Shown here piece after piece: positions 42,131 to 50,689 of a DNA stretch of 64,000 bases. A program made the translations under genes and the position numbers. Position 1 is the first letter of the stretch. Each line of letters opens with the position of its first letter. This DNA is from a virus. The notes under the pieces were generated by a model. The model searched no databases and was not told the origin of the DNA. It was given only the letters and a program-made list of their open reading frames with translations. Where the stretch lies: the IMG/VR virus record IMGVR_UViG_3300045131_002907, positions 1 to 64,000 of that record. One strand, written 5' to 3'.

Positions 42131-43822
42131 TTAGACCCCGAGGCCGTAGGCCGCGGTTCCCGGGCCGGCGTTGGCACCCGGGGGTTGCGTAGCAGGTGCA
42201 TTCGTAGCGCCCGCGGCAGCATTGGCTACATTTCCGCTGTTGATGTTACTGCTGGGACCTACTTGCATCTGGCGGGAGTTGAGAATGTTGCCATCACCAC
42301 CGTTATCAGGAGCCGTATTATTGGGGGGAACAAGCGGGGAATCAAACAGCCTCTTTCCACCATTGGGGAGTTGGACTGCATCGGGAGGCTTGACGTTTTC
42401 ACCGGTACCACCTAGGTAAGCCCCTCCAGTGGAGTTCGGAGAACCATGTTGATCTGGTGTATCCGCTTGTCCCTCTGTTTTCTCGAACACTGAGGCATGG
42501 CCGGCGTCAGGTTTAGTCGCTTCCTGCTGGGCTGGATCCGTGGGTGCCCCGGAGAGCGAGGGTTGCCCCGTAGGACCCTGCGTGGGAGGCTGACCCATAG
42601 TACCCATAGTACCCGGAGGCATCACAGCCGGCGCCGGCATGGGGGCACCAGAGGTCTTGACCATATTGGGGTCAGTGAGGTGCTGGGGGTTCCCGAGGTT
42701 CTTGGCACCCTGGCTTACCGGAGCCTCAGACTTCGTGAGACTAAGGCGTTTATAGATATCGGCATCCAAGGGATGCGATGCCTTCTTCTGAACCCCTGCG
42801 GCCTTGCAGAGCAAGTCGGCGTCGGGTCGGGGCAGTGTGGGGAGAACTCCGGCGAGTTTGAGCTTCGACATCTTGGCGAGTTCGGGATCCACGACTTCCA
42901 GGGCTTCCTTGGTCAGGAAGTGGACATTGACTGTGCTACCATTCTGGAGGTCGACTTCACCACCACGGTGGACTTCGCCGGCGTGCTTGATCATTGGGGT
43001 TGTCAGATCCAGCATTTCCTCGGGGAGCGTGACGCCATCATCGGCATCACTGTAATGCGCCGCCAATTTGAGTTCACGATCGAAACGATCGGTGAGGGTG
43101 AGGACGTCCTGTACGAGTTCGTGGTTGTAACGGAGATGTGGGGCATCCGCGATGGCGCCAAGTGCAGCGGCGAGTTTTTCAGAGGCCACTTTCTTGGAAC
43201 CCGGGAGGCGGTTGAGACGGCATACCAAACTGTTCGTGATGGCTTCTTGGGAGGGGAACGCGTAACCCGCGGCTTTGTGCAAATAGGTGCTGACATTGCC
43301 GGGGATCTCACCGATGACTCCGAATCGAGTCGCCCGAGCAATGAGCTCTTTGGCAGTCTTTTGACGCCAGGGCAACGGATACTTGTGACGGTTGTCATAG
43401 AACGCGGAAGCCGCACGAGTCGTGGTGTCACCATCGTAGGCCGCGTACTTCTTCAACATGGTACCCTGGTGGACTTCGTTGAGTGCGAAGTCGCTGGAGC
43501 CCAGGGTTCGGGGTTCCGCGGCCGCCGCGATCTTTTTCTGTGCGGCGACGACGTCGTCGGTGATCTGCCAGAACCGAGCAAACTTCATGATGCCCTGTTC
43601 GGTTTCCGTGTTATAGGGTTTCCCGGCGGCGCGTGCCGAGGCCACTTTAGCAGCGCTCAGGAACGTGGCCTCCTTGGAATTACAGGGCAGGGTGCCCTGG
43701 ATGCCATCTGCACAGGCCTGGGGGAGCACGGGGGCATCCTCGGCGACTTGTTCAGAGGCGGCTTTCACGTAACTTGGACGCCCGGTTACACCAAGCAACA
43801 CGTGCAGATCGGTAAGTGACAT
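42131..43822 (-). CDS. KxA-motif-rich protein with disordered Pro/Gly C-terminus (possible internal head protein)
   Basis: SD AAGGAG before the ATG; many K-x-A tripeptides. Confidence 0.7.
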   Translation of the reverse strand: MSLTDLHVLLGVTGRPSYVKAASEQVAEDAPVLPQACADGIQGTLPCNSKEATFLSAAKVASARAAGKPYNTETEQGIMKFARFWQITDDVVAAQKKIAAAAEPRTLGSSDFALNEVHQGTMLKKYAAYDGDTTTRAASAFYDNRHKYPLPWRQKTAKELIARATRFGVIGEIPGNVSTYLHKAAGYAFPSQEAITNSLVCRLNRLPGSKKVASEKLAAALGAIADAPHLRYNHELVQDVLTLTDRFDRELKLAAHYSDADDGVTLPEEMLDLTTPMIKHAGEVHRGGEVDLQNGSTVNVHFLTKEALEVVDPELAKMSKLKLAGVLPTLPRPDADLLCKAAGVQKKASHPLDADIYKRLSLTKSEAPVSQGAKNLGNPQHLTDPNMVKTSGAPMPAPAVMPPGTMGTMGQPPTQGPTGQPSLSGAPTDPAQQEATKPDAGHASVFEKTEGQADTPDQHGSPNSTGGAYLGGTGENVKPPDAVQLPNGGKRLFDSPLVPPNNTAPDNGGDGNILNSRQMQVGPSSNINSGNVANAAAGATNAPATQPPGANAGPGTAAYGLGV

Positions 43823-46298
43823 GCGAATCTCCTTGACGGCTACCCTGGATCAGCTCGGCACCCATGGTGTCGGTATGGCTGCATCTTCGGTGAGATGTCT
43901 GATGTGTCAAACCGACCTCGGCCTCGCCACCCGGGGCCCCCACTACTTGGCATGCAGCCATTGTGGGTTCGTCGGCGACGCCATCCATTACTTCGCCGGG
44001 GTCCGCAAGATGTCCATCGCGGACGCCATCTCATCCCTGGAGATCGTGGAAGCCGTAACCCCGGATACCCGGCAGGAGGTCAGCGACTACCTATTCGTCG
44101 CCGAGGAACAGGCCAGGCTTCGTAGGCTCCTCAAGGCAGGCCGCAGTTACTACTCAGATTTCCCAGGAAATATCCGACAGATCTGCGAGGATTACGGGTG
44201 CTGGTTCAGCGAACCCGCGGGGCAGGCGGGATCCAACTACCACGTCGCCATGATTGCCCAGATGCTCGAGGATCACGACATCGAGATCCCGAAGTCAGCG
44301 AAATCGGCGATGCAGACCTGGGGGAAGTACGCGGCTATCGCGATTCCCGCATACTCGGAGTGGAGGATTGTGGGGTTCTGGCTTGTCCTCCCCAAGAGGG
44401 CGAACCTCGCCGATAAAACCCTGGCGACATGGACTTACCTCAGTCTCTACCCCGGTAAGGCCATGGGGTACGCCAACCTCGTCGGTGATGATCACGATAC
44501 CTCATTCGTGGTCAGGGATCCCTCGGTGGCCTTTCGGTTCAATATGCGGCAGTGGGCCGATGGTGGCATCAAGGCCCCATTCGTGGTCGCCACGGAGACC
44601 CCCTCGTTGTTCCACCTCACGGGTACCCAGCCCGTTTTTGTTCCCAGCCTCCTCGCCGAACGCGCTGAGGTCTTCCATGGTGCCCTTGGGGTTCTAGGTG
44701 CGGGGTGTCTATGGTACTCCCCGGATGCCCGGGATGCCCACATCCTCTTTGATTTCTACGAAGGCTTTGGTCGCCCCGGGCTGACCTCCTCAGGTATCGT
44801 GAACTCCATGATCCGGGCATCGCTGCCGCCGCATGAGGCCATGGGAAGACTTCTCCTCGCCCAGGACATCAAGATGGCCCAGAAGATGGTGGCCGCGTAC
44901 TCGATACCCCTGGCGCACCGCAACCAGATCCTGACCTACTTTGAGGGCGCCGATCTCCGGGATCTCAAAGCACTCTTTGTTACCGACGATGCCCCGCGTT
45001 CCGTGGACATCGATGGTAAGATTATCACGGAACGCAGCGATGGCTGGTACCACGGCAACTCCCTGATCTCATCAGTGATCCTGGTAATCAAGGAGATCAC
45101 CACGGATCCCGTGAAGAAAACCCATGTGGCCTCGGGAACCCTGACCTTCAAAGGGAAGACCTGGAATCTTGATGCAGATTACGATGCCCTCAGGAAGAAC
45201 CCGGCGAAATGGATCGAGGACTTCATCTTGCTCAGGAGTGGCAACGACATCCCGTTTATGAAGCCGGCGTGGGCGCGTGAGCTCCTCAGAATCGCAGCCG
45301 CATTCAATGCCCCGACGAGATCCACATTGGCAGCGACCTATGGGTGGCAGCGGGATTCCGGGGTGCTCTGCATGCCCCACTTCTCCGTGCTGCCCTCTGG
45401 GGTAGTCATGACGGAATCCCGGCTCAGCGGACCCCAGATCCAGGCCCCAGTCAACCTGGGATCCCGGCAATGGGCGGCCTGGGATTACGTCGAGTTCGCC
45501 ACGATGGCAGTCGTTCTCACCGGTAACCTGATGCGGACCCGTGAGGGCCTCGGGGGCACCGGGATCGTGGTCCACAGTGCCCAGCACGTCGTCGAGAAGG
45601 TTGCTGGGGTCCTCGGGATCCACGTGGTCACCGATCCCGACGCCGGCGCCCTGGCCAGGCACGCCGAGAACCCCCTGGTGATGCCGGTGACCTGGAGTTC
45701 CCAGGAAGTCATGGAAGCCGCCTTGAAGCCCCATGGTCCCAAGAACATCTTGGTCTCCGCGGATCGCCTCCAGCACAAGCTGCTCAGGTTGCATCCGGGG
45801 TGGGCATGTCTGGATATCTACGATGTCCCCTGCGTCGAGAACCTGAACACGATATTCCTACTCCTCCCCGATCTCCTCACGAAATCGAAGTCGGGGTTTG
45901 ACACCAACCCAGTTGGATTCTACAGCAGGGTCGCCGGGGATCTCGCCAATGCCTTGCGTGCCCGGAAAGTGGATCCCGCTGCGGTGCTCCAAGCGGGCTC
46001 CGACCTCGGCAGGGTGTTTGCGACCCCAGATAACTCGGGTGGGCTTGTCCTCGCCCACCTCTGGAGCGGGGTCGACGCCGGGGGGCTCCACGTCGAAACC
46101 AAAGAAGGCGTCGTCGTCTTCAACCGCACCGAGGTTTCCAGGCTGTTTATGACCCCTGGGCTGCCCAGGCTGGAAATGGCGTTCATTGAGCGCCTCCTGA
46201 TCCGGGCCAACCTCCTGGTCAAGAATACCCCCACGGAATGGGGTATCGAGGAACGCACCCTGAATATCTATTCCTCGATATTCATTGAAACCACTTAA
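43821..46298 (+). CDS. Primase-like protein with N-terminal Zn finger, apparently degenerate
   Basis: CLMC...CSHCGFVGDAIHYFAGVRKMSIADAI resembles the DnaG zinc-binding domain. No clear TOPRIM acidic motifs. Start uncertain. Confidence 0.55.
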   Translation: MRISLTATLDQLGTHGVGMAASSVRCLMCQTDLGLATRGPHYLACSHCGFVGDAIHYFAGVRKMSIADAISSLEIVEAVTPDTRQEVSDYLFVAEEQARLRRLLKAGRSYYSDFPGNIRQICEDYGCWFSEPAGQAGSNYHVAMIAQMLEDHDIEIPKSAKSAMQTWGKYAAIAIPAYSEWRIVGFWLVLPKRANLADKTLATWTYLSLYPGKAMGYANLVGDDHDTSFVVRDPSVAFRFNMRQWADGGIKAPFVVATETPSLFHLTGTQPVFVPSLLAERAEVFHGALGVLGAGCLWYSPDARDAHILFDFYEGFGRPGLTSSGIVNSMIRASLPPHEAMGRLLLAQDIKMAQKMVAAYSIPLAHRNQILTYFEGADLRDLKALFVTDDAPRSVDIDGKIITERSDGWYHGNSLISSVILVIKEITTDPVKKTHVASGTLTFKGKTWNLDADYDALRKNPAKWIEDFILLRSGNDIPFMKPAWARELLRIAAAFNAPTRSTLAATYGWQRDSGVLCMPHFSVLPSGVVMTESRLSGPQIQAPVNLGSRQWAAWDYVEFATMAVVLTGNLMRTREGLGGTGIVVHSAQHVVEKVAGVLGIHVVTDPDAGALARHAENPLVMPVTWSSQEVMEAALKPHGPKNILVSADRLQHKLLRLHPGWACLDIYDVPCVENLNTIFLLLPDLLTKSKSGFDTNPVGFYSRVAGDLANALRARKVDPAAVLQAGSDLGRVFATPDNSGGLVLAHLWSGVDAGGLHVETKEGVVVFNRTEVSRLFMTPGLPRLEMAFIERLLIRANLLVKNTPTEWGIEERTLNIYSSIFIETT

Positions 46299-47161
46299 AT
46301 AGAGTAGTCAACGCTGGGAGCATGCGACCCTGTTAGAAGTTGTGGTGGGTTGTGTTTCATATAGGCATCCCACGCGAACTGCGGGATGCCTAAAGCAATG
46401 AATAGTTCATCTACCGTTATTTTTGAACATAGTAGGAATTTACTAAAACGGTTCCTGATCCTTGTTTCTTTTTTAATGCGATCTACGTTTACTTGGCGTA
46501 ATTCTCTTTTGACACGTGCTGCCTCTCGCCGTGCCTCCCTTGTTTCTTTTTTAATGCGATCTACGTTTACTTGGCGTAATTCTCTTTTGACACGTGCTGC
46601 CTCTCGCCGTGCCTCCCTTTTAGTATTAGCGGCTTTTTTAAGCGCATCTCTTTTAATACGTGTGGCTTCTCTTAAAGCATTACTATGATACGTGCGATGC
46701 GCTGTGCGTGGGATGAGTATGCAGTTTTCGGGGCAGTAATCAGATTTCGGATCGACGCGATGAACGTCACATTCGATGTCTGCACCTTGAGACACGACCC
46801 ACCCAAGGAAGCTAACAAGTGACTCGAACTTGTTGGATATCCCCCGTTCGCCATATCGCTTTGCATGTCTATTGCTAGGGTTGCATCGAGAACAAATCCC
46901 CTGGTATCTAGCAGTCCATACACGCCTCACTTTATCATCTGGGATTATTTGCTTGGACGTGCACCCTGCTGCGTCCTTGAGGTAATCGGATCCCAGCTTA
47001 ATCCCTGCGCATGTGGCGCAGTAGTGCACCCTACGCTTAACCAGTTTATCCTTTCGATATACCTGGGATCCGCCGCAGGAATCACATTTCCCAAAAACGT
47101 ATGTCTTGTTGCCTTGTCGGTGACTCGACCCGGTTATAGTTATTCCCGAGAAAGATAGCAT
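46295..47161 (-). CDS. HNH-type homing endonuclease
   Basis: RC...YGERGI...F..W...VHRVDPKSDYCPENC matches the YGGRGI...IDRID..G.Y...NC HNH family. SD ggag before ATG 47161. Visibly more AT-rich than its flanks. Confidence 0.75.
   Translation of the reverse strand: MLSFSGITITGSSHRQGNKTYVFGKCDSCGGSQVYRKDKLVKRRVHYCATCAGIKLGSDYLKDAAGCTSKQIIPDDKVRRVWTARYQGICSRCNPSNRHAKRYGERGISNKFESLVSFLGWVVSQGADIECDVHRVDPKSDYCPENCILIPRTAHRTYHSNALREATRIKRDALKKAANTKREARREAARVKRELRQVNVDRIKKETREARREAARVKRELRQVNVDRIKKETRIRNRFSKFLLCSKITVDELFIALGIPQFAWDAYMKHNPPQLLTGSHAPSVDYSI
46460..46619. repeat. Exact 78-nt tandem duplication within the HNH gene
   Basis: Units start at 46461 and 46539; encodes REARREAARVKRELRQVNVDRIKKET twice. 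Confidence 0.95.
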
Positions 47162-47236
47162 ATAAACTCCTGTCTGCCACGCATGGCACACCAAAGATAC
47201 ATGGTTACACTGGGGCCACAACCCCCTAGGATTAGC

Positions 47237-47306
47237 CCTCCCCCCTGGGGGGAGGTCCCCCCGGGGGGTATCTAAATAAAACCCCGTTTTGTCGTATATT
47301 ATAGTG
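47237..47306 (+). promoter_or_regulatory. C6/G6 palindromes followed by an AT-rich promoter-like tract
   Basis: cctcccccc-t-ggggggagg and ccccccgggggg, then tctaaataaaaccccgttttgtcgtatattatagt, at a divergent gene junction. Confidence 0.5.
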
Positions 47307-47357
47307 ATGGAACTAAGTAGTTCTGGCTCACCCCAGACCTGCATCTCCACCACCCAC

Positions 47358-47397
47358 CAAGGAAACCCTTGCACCTCATCGTGCAAGGGTTTCCTTG
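47358..47397. other. Perfect 17-bp hairpin
   Basis: caaggaaacccttgcac-ctcatc-gtgcaagggtttccttg. Confidence 0.9.
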
Positions 47398-47415
47398 TAG
47401 TTAGGAGTCCGCGTC

Positions 47416-47446
47416 AACCCTCAATGCGCTACGCGCGCACAAAGGA
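47416..47446 (+). repeat. 31-nt leader repeat, copy 1
   Basis: aaccctcaatgcgctacgcgcgcacaaagga; 29/31 identical to 47970-48000. Confidence 0.9.
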
Positions 47447-47453
47447 GCATAAC

Positions 47454-47777
47454 GTGAAAAACCTGAAAAAACTAATGGAGGCGCATGCCGGGTTTTCCGC
47501 CGCCCTAGAATCCATTAAGGGATCTGGGGAGGAAGAGCTGGAAACCCTGGCACGAGAAGGCCAGGAGATCGCAGGACATCGAATCCAGTGGGCGCTGTGC
47601 TATACGCCCACTGCACCGGAAGCCGCCGAGGCCCGCCTGCTCGTGGCAAAGAATCGAATTGAAGAGCTCGAGGCCGAATACGATCGCCGCAGCGATCGAG
47701 GCCTCGACACCTTCGAGACCTCGGAGGAGCTGGCCAAGCTCCGCGCCGAGGTCTACCAAACCGATGTGGCGGCCTAG
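47454..47777 (+). CDS. Hypothetical small protein
   Basis: GTG after SD aaggag. Confidence 0.7.
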   Translation: MKNLKKLMEAHAGFSAALESIKGSGEEELETLAREGQEIAGHRIQWALCYTPTAPEAAEARLLVAKNRIEELEAEYDRRSDRGLDTFETSEELAKLRAEVYQTDVAA

Positions 47778-47799
47778 GCCGTCACACTGGATCAAAACC

Positions 47800-47968
47800 A
47801 ATAAGGAGGCCAGCCATGCCACCTGCCCCCTAATCCGGGGCGCACATCGAGAGCACGCCGCAAGGCGTGTAAGACCCCGGCTTCGGCCGGCCCGGTCTCA
47901 AGTCCGGGAGTCAGGGGTGGTCCCCCTGAGTCTTCGGGTTACCCCTACGCCGTTGTAGGTGGCCCCGC
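47800..47968 (+). ncRNA. Candidate structured RNA containing micro-ORF MPPAP
   Basis: Five or more consecutive hairpins, including GCAA and cUUCGg tetraloops, with a possible closing stem 47818-26/47955-63. Confidence 0.6.
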
Positions 47969-47969
47969 T

Positions 47970-48000
47970 AACCCTCAATGCGCTACGTGCGCATAAAGGA
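47970..48000 (+). repeat. 31-nt leader repeat, copy 2
   Basis: aaccctcaatgcgctacgtgcgcataaagga. Confidence 0.9.
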
Positions 48001-48007
48001 AATCACC

Positions 48008-48382
48008 ATGTCTAGTCTCGAATGCCTTTTAGCAAGTCATGAAGACCTGGTAGCCGCGCTGCCGGGATGTCCTGACATCGCCTTCCGCGAGGCTCTGTGC
48101 CTTGTTGAAGACACCGTGGCGCGCTGCGAACGCGCCGTCGGGTTGAAGCCTGGACTGAAGGGGATGCCCCACTGGGAACAACGCCTCACCTTCGCCAATG
48201 GCGTTGTTCGCGGTGCAGAGACGTCTCTGCTCCGCAAAAAAGGAACACCTGGCTACAACCAACGCAGTGAGGCCTGGGTTCGTGGTCGCAAGGCGATGAT
48301 CGCCCAGACCACCAAGGCGGTGACCCATGCGGCTCGCCTGTACATGGAAGTAGTACGCCACAACCGCGGCGTCCTCCCATGA
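48008..48382 (+). CDS. Hypothetical small protein
   Basis: ATG after SD aaagga. Confidence 0.7.
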   Translation: MSSLECLLASHEDLVAALPGCPDIAFREALCLVEDTVARCERAVGLKPGLKGMPHWEQRLTFANGVVRGAETSLLRKKGTPGYNQRSEAWVRGRKAMIAQTTKAVTHAARLYMEVVRHNRGVLP

Positions 48383-48582
48383 AAGGGACACTCATCAAAG
48401 CTGCGTACAACTGTGCTGCCATGGCAGGTATCGCAGTTGTGACCACAATCATCGCCTGCGCTGTTGTTGGCATCAATGCCGACAACAGCGCATTCACGGA
48501 TCTGGTGATCGCTGCCATTGGCGGCGGCATCACCATTGGAGGCCTCGTCACCGCATTTGGTGGCGATGTCCGCATTATCTAA
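48379..48582 (+). CDS. Small two-TM membrane protein
   Basis: Two hydrophobic segments; ATGA coupling. Confidence 0.65.
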   Translation: MKGTLIKAAYNCAAMAGIAVVTTIIACAVVGINADNSAFTDLVIAAIGGGITIGGLVTAFGGDVRII

Positions 48583-48621
48583 CCCCCTCACGGCGCCATA
48601 GCCGCGCCCAAGGAGTATATC

Positions 48622-49485
48622 ATGGAAAAGTTAATTTATACAAATTCCATCTGCCCCCGTCGTGACGACGTCGGGGCACTCCGCAGCCTCGCTGCGGAAA
48701 CCATGAAGAAGGGGCTCATCAGCCGTACCCCAGGGGTCCAGATCGGGAGTGATCTCCTGCTCCGGGCTTCCGGGGCCAAGAAGATCGTGTCCAGGCCGGT
48801 CGAATCCGGGAAGGTCAAACTCCCCAACATCGGGAAGCTGACCGTTTACAAGGTCTACGCCGATGGTGTCGACCTCGGGTACCAGGTCTCGGAGACCGAT
48901 GCCGAGGGCCATGAGACCTTGGTCGGCGAAAGGGTGCGAACCCTGGAAGCCGGCAAGGCCTTTGCCAAGAACACGGGCGCCCCCGAGAGCAATCAGTTCG
49001 TGGCCTTGTGGGCATCTCACCACATTGTCCATGCCACCCGGCGTCTACGCATCCAGCGGAGGTCTGAAGACCGGGTCTGGATCCCTGCAGTGGGTTCCGC
49101 CCTGGTCTCCAAAGGGCAACCCCTGGGATACGTCGACATCAACGACCTCCCTAAAACGGAGGAGGAAGAACGTGAAGAGGAGGCCTGCGCGCTCCTCAAG
49201 CACGTGGCTTCTTGGAAAGCCTTGGAGACACTGGGGCTCCCCGCTCTCCGGCGTATGGCCGTGGCACTGGGGGCGGCTCCGCAAAGCATCTTGGAGCCGA
49301 GGGTCATAGACCTGAATGAGCACCCCGATCTGCTGGGCCTGCGGAACAGCACTGAAAGCCAGGATCTCATGCAGGCCATCCTGCCGCGGATACAGGCTGC
49401 ATTGAACACGGGGCGTGCCCCCGCAGGGGTCATCGAAGCCCTGCGTATTTTTGCCACTCAGGGAGTTGAAGCGGGGGTCGCATGA
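48622..49485 (+). CDS. Hypothetical protein
   Basis: SD aaggag; 287 aa. Confidence 0.75.
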   Translation: MEKLIYTNSICPRRDDVGALRSLAAETMKKGLISRTPGVQIGSDLLLRASGAKKIVSRPVESGKVKLPNIGKLTVYKVYADGVDLGYQVSETDAEGHETLVGERVRTLEAGKAFAKNTGAPESNQFVALWASHHIVHATRRLRIQRRSEDRVWIPAVGSALVSKGQPLGYVDINDLPKTEEEEREEEACALLKHVASWKALETLGLPALRRMAVALGAAPQSILEPRVIDLNEHPDLLGLRNSTESQDLMQAILPRIQAALNTGRAPAGVIEALRIFATQGVEAGVA

Positions 49486-49670
49486 TTCCCCAACGCAACG
49501 TCCAATGGTCAAAAACGCAGCCCACGGATAACCCCCCGGGGTATCAGTGGGCTGCGGTCAGGGGCCCCAACGGGGAACCCCTTCGACGCAAGGGAGCCCT
49601 GAAATGGGAACTCCTGAGCGTTGATAAAAATCCAGGTCGCAAGGCCTGCCCAGCGCAAGCTGGTACATAA
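49482..49670 (+). CDS. Small hypothetical protein
   Basis: ATGA coupling. Confidence 0.5.
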   Translation: MIPQRNVQWSKTQPTDNPPGYQWAAVRGPNGEPLRRKGALKWELLSVDKNPGRKACPAQAGT

Positions 49671-49703
49671 TGAGCCCTCGGGCTTAATTATGAAAAGTTA
49701 AAC

Positions 49704-49766
49704 ACATGCCTCCTCTGATATCACGGGGTTCCCCTGTGGTATTAGAGGGGGCATGTTGTTTTCTTT
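49704..49766 (+). terminator. Long-stem intrinsic terminator (25 bp, 4 G-U pairs)
   Basis: 49704-28 pairs with 49732-56 and is followed by tgttttcttt. Confidence 0.7.
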
Positions 49767-49845
49767 ACCTATGACTAATCCAATAGTCTCGACGCTGGAG
49801 ACTATTGGGGTAGACAGTGGGCGAAAACCTGATTTACTGGGAGTC

Positions 49846-50307
49846 ATGTCGCAGCCAGATCTCATCGTGATTGGTGGAGCCGTGGGCGCCCGTTGGGGTG
49901 GCCCCGTGGGCTGGGCTGCGTTCATCATTGTCCCGAGTACCGGGGAAACCAAGAAGATCGTGGACGGCAGTGCCGAGGCCACTCAGGACGACGCCGACGT
50001 CATGCCGTTTGCCGCCGCGATTCAGTGGTGGCACAACACGCACAACACGGGTCTCAAGAAAACGAGTCCTCAGGTCCTCTGCATCACCGATGCCCCTGAT
50101 GTCATCACCGCTGGTGTGAACCCCTGGAAGCGAAACCTGGCCTCGGACTGGAGGTTCATCACCTGGTTTGAGACCCGGGGCTACGAGATCTCGTGGACCT
50201 GGGAATCCAGGTATGAACATCTCCCCATTATCCAGGAGGCCCTCCATGCTCGTCAAAAGTTCCAAGCTGTCGGAGCTTCTACCCCCGGGTGCCTTCAATT
50301 TCAGTGA
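49846..50307 (+). CDS. RNase HI-fold protein with degenerate active site
   Basis: IGGA...GPVGWAAFI, TQDDADVM..AAAIQW, CITDA and ISWTW follow the RNase HI motif order, but the first Asp and the C-terminal N..AD are missing. Confidence 0.55.
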   Translation: MSQPDLIVIGGAVGARWGGPVGWAAFIIVPSTGETKKIVDGSAEATQDDADVMPFAAAIQWWHNTHNTGLKKTSPQVLCITDAPDVITAGVNPWKRNLASDWRFITWFETRGYEISWTWESRYEHLPIIQEALHARQKFQAVGASTPGCLQFQ

Positions 50308-50689
50308 TCTCCGGTCACCCCGGGCACGAAGACCTCGCAGGGATCACGGGCTTCTCAAGATCACGAAGACGCACATCAAGATTCCATGTGAACTGTTCCC
50401 CGAATACGGGGAGCGCTTCACGGTGTCAGCTGTGTTGTATAACAACTGCATCTGGTTGGTGCCCACCTCGGATGGTCTCCTGGTGACCCGGATGAGCCCC
50501 CTTGCCTACCGGATCTATAGGAAGCCCAGTCATCCCAACATATTCAAGATCGGGGTCTACACCCCGTTCCGGGATGACATCGTTGAGGGGATCAAAGCGG
50601 TCAGGATCCCAGGTGCTGTCGCCGCGGGGGCCCGAGAAATCGACAACATGGCGCATTGGCGTCAGCGGACATCATCTGGTAACCACTGA
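50246..50689 (+). CDS. Hypothetical protein
   Basis: SD aggagg at 50234-39 before ATG 50246. Confidence 0.55.
   Translation: MLVKSSKLSELLPPGAFNFSDLRSPRARRPRRDHGLLKITKTHIKIPCELFPEYGERFTVSAVLYNNCIWLVPTSDGLLVTRMSPLAYRIYRKPSHPNIFKIGVYTPFRDDIVEGIKAVRIPGAVAAGAREIDNMAHWRQRTSSGNH

Noticed and set aside
43820-43823. Two divergent genes sharing one CATG start
   Set aside because: Only the minus-strand ATG has an SD; the plus gene may start at a later ATG (e.g. 43876).
47162-47386. N-terminal extension of the HNH ORF given by the track
   Set aside because: It runs through the palindrome/promoter region, and ATG 47161 has an SD.
47885-47930. tRNA gene suggested by a T-arm-like hairpin
   Set aside because: No acceptor stem, anticodon arm or canonical TTCRA loop. 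Kept only as part of the unknown structured RNA.
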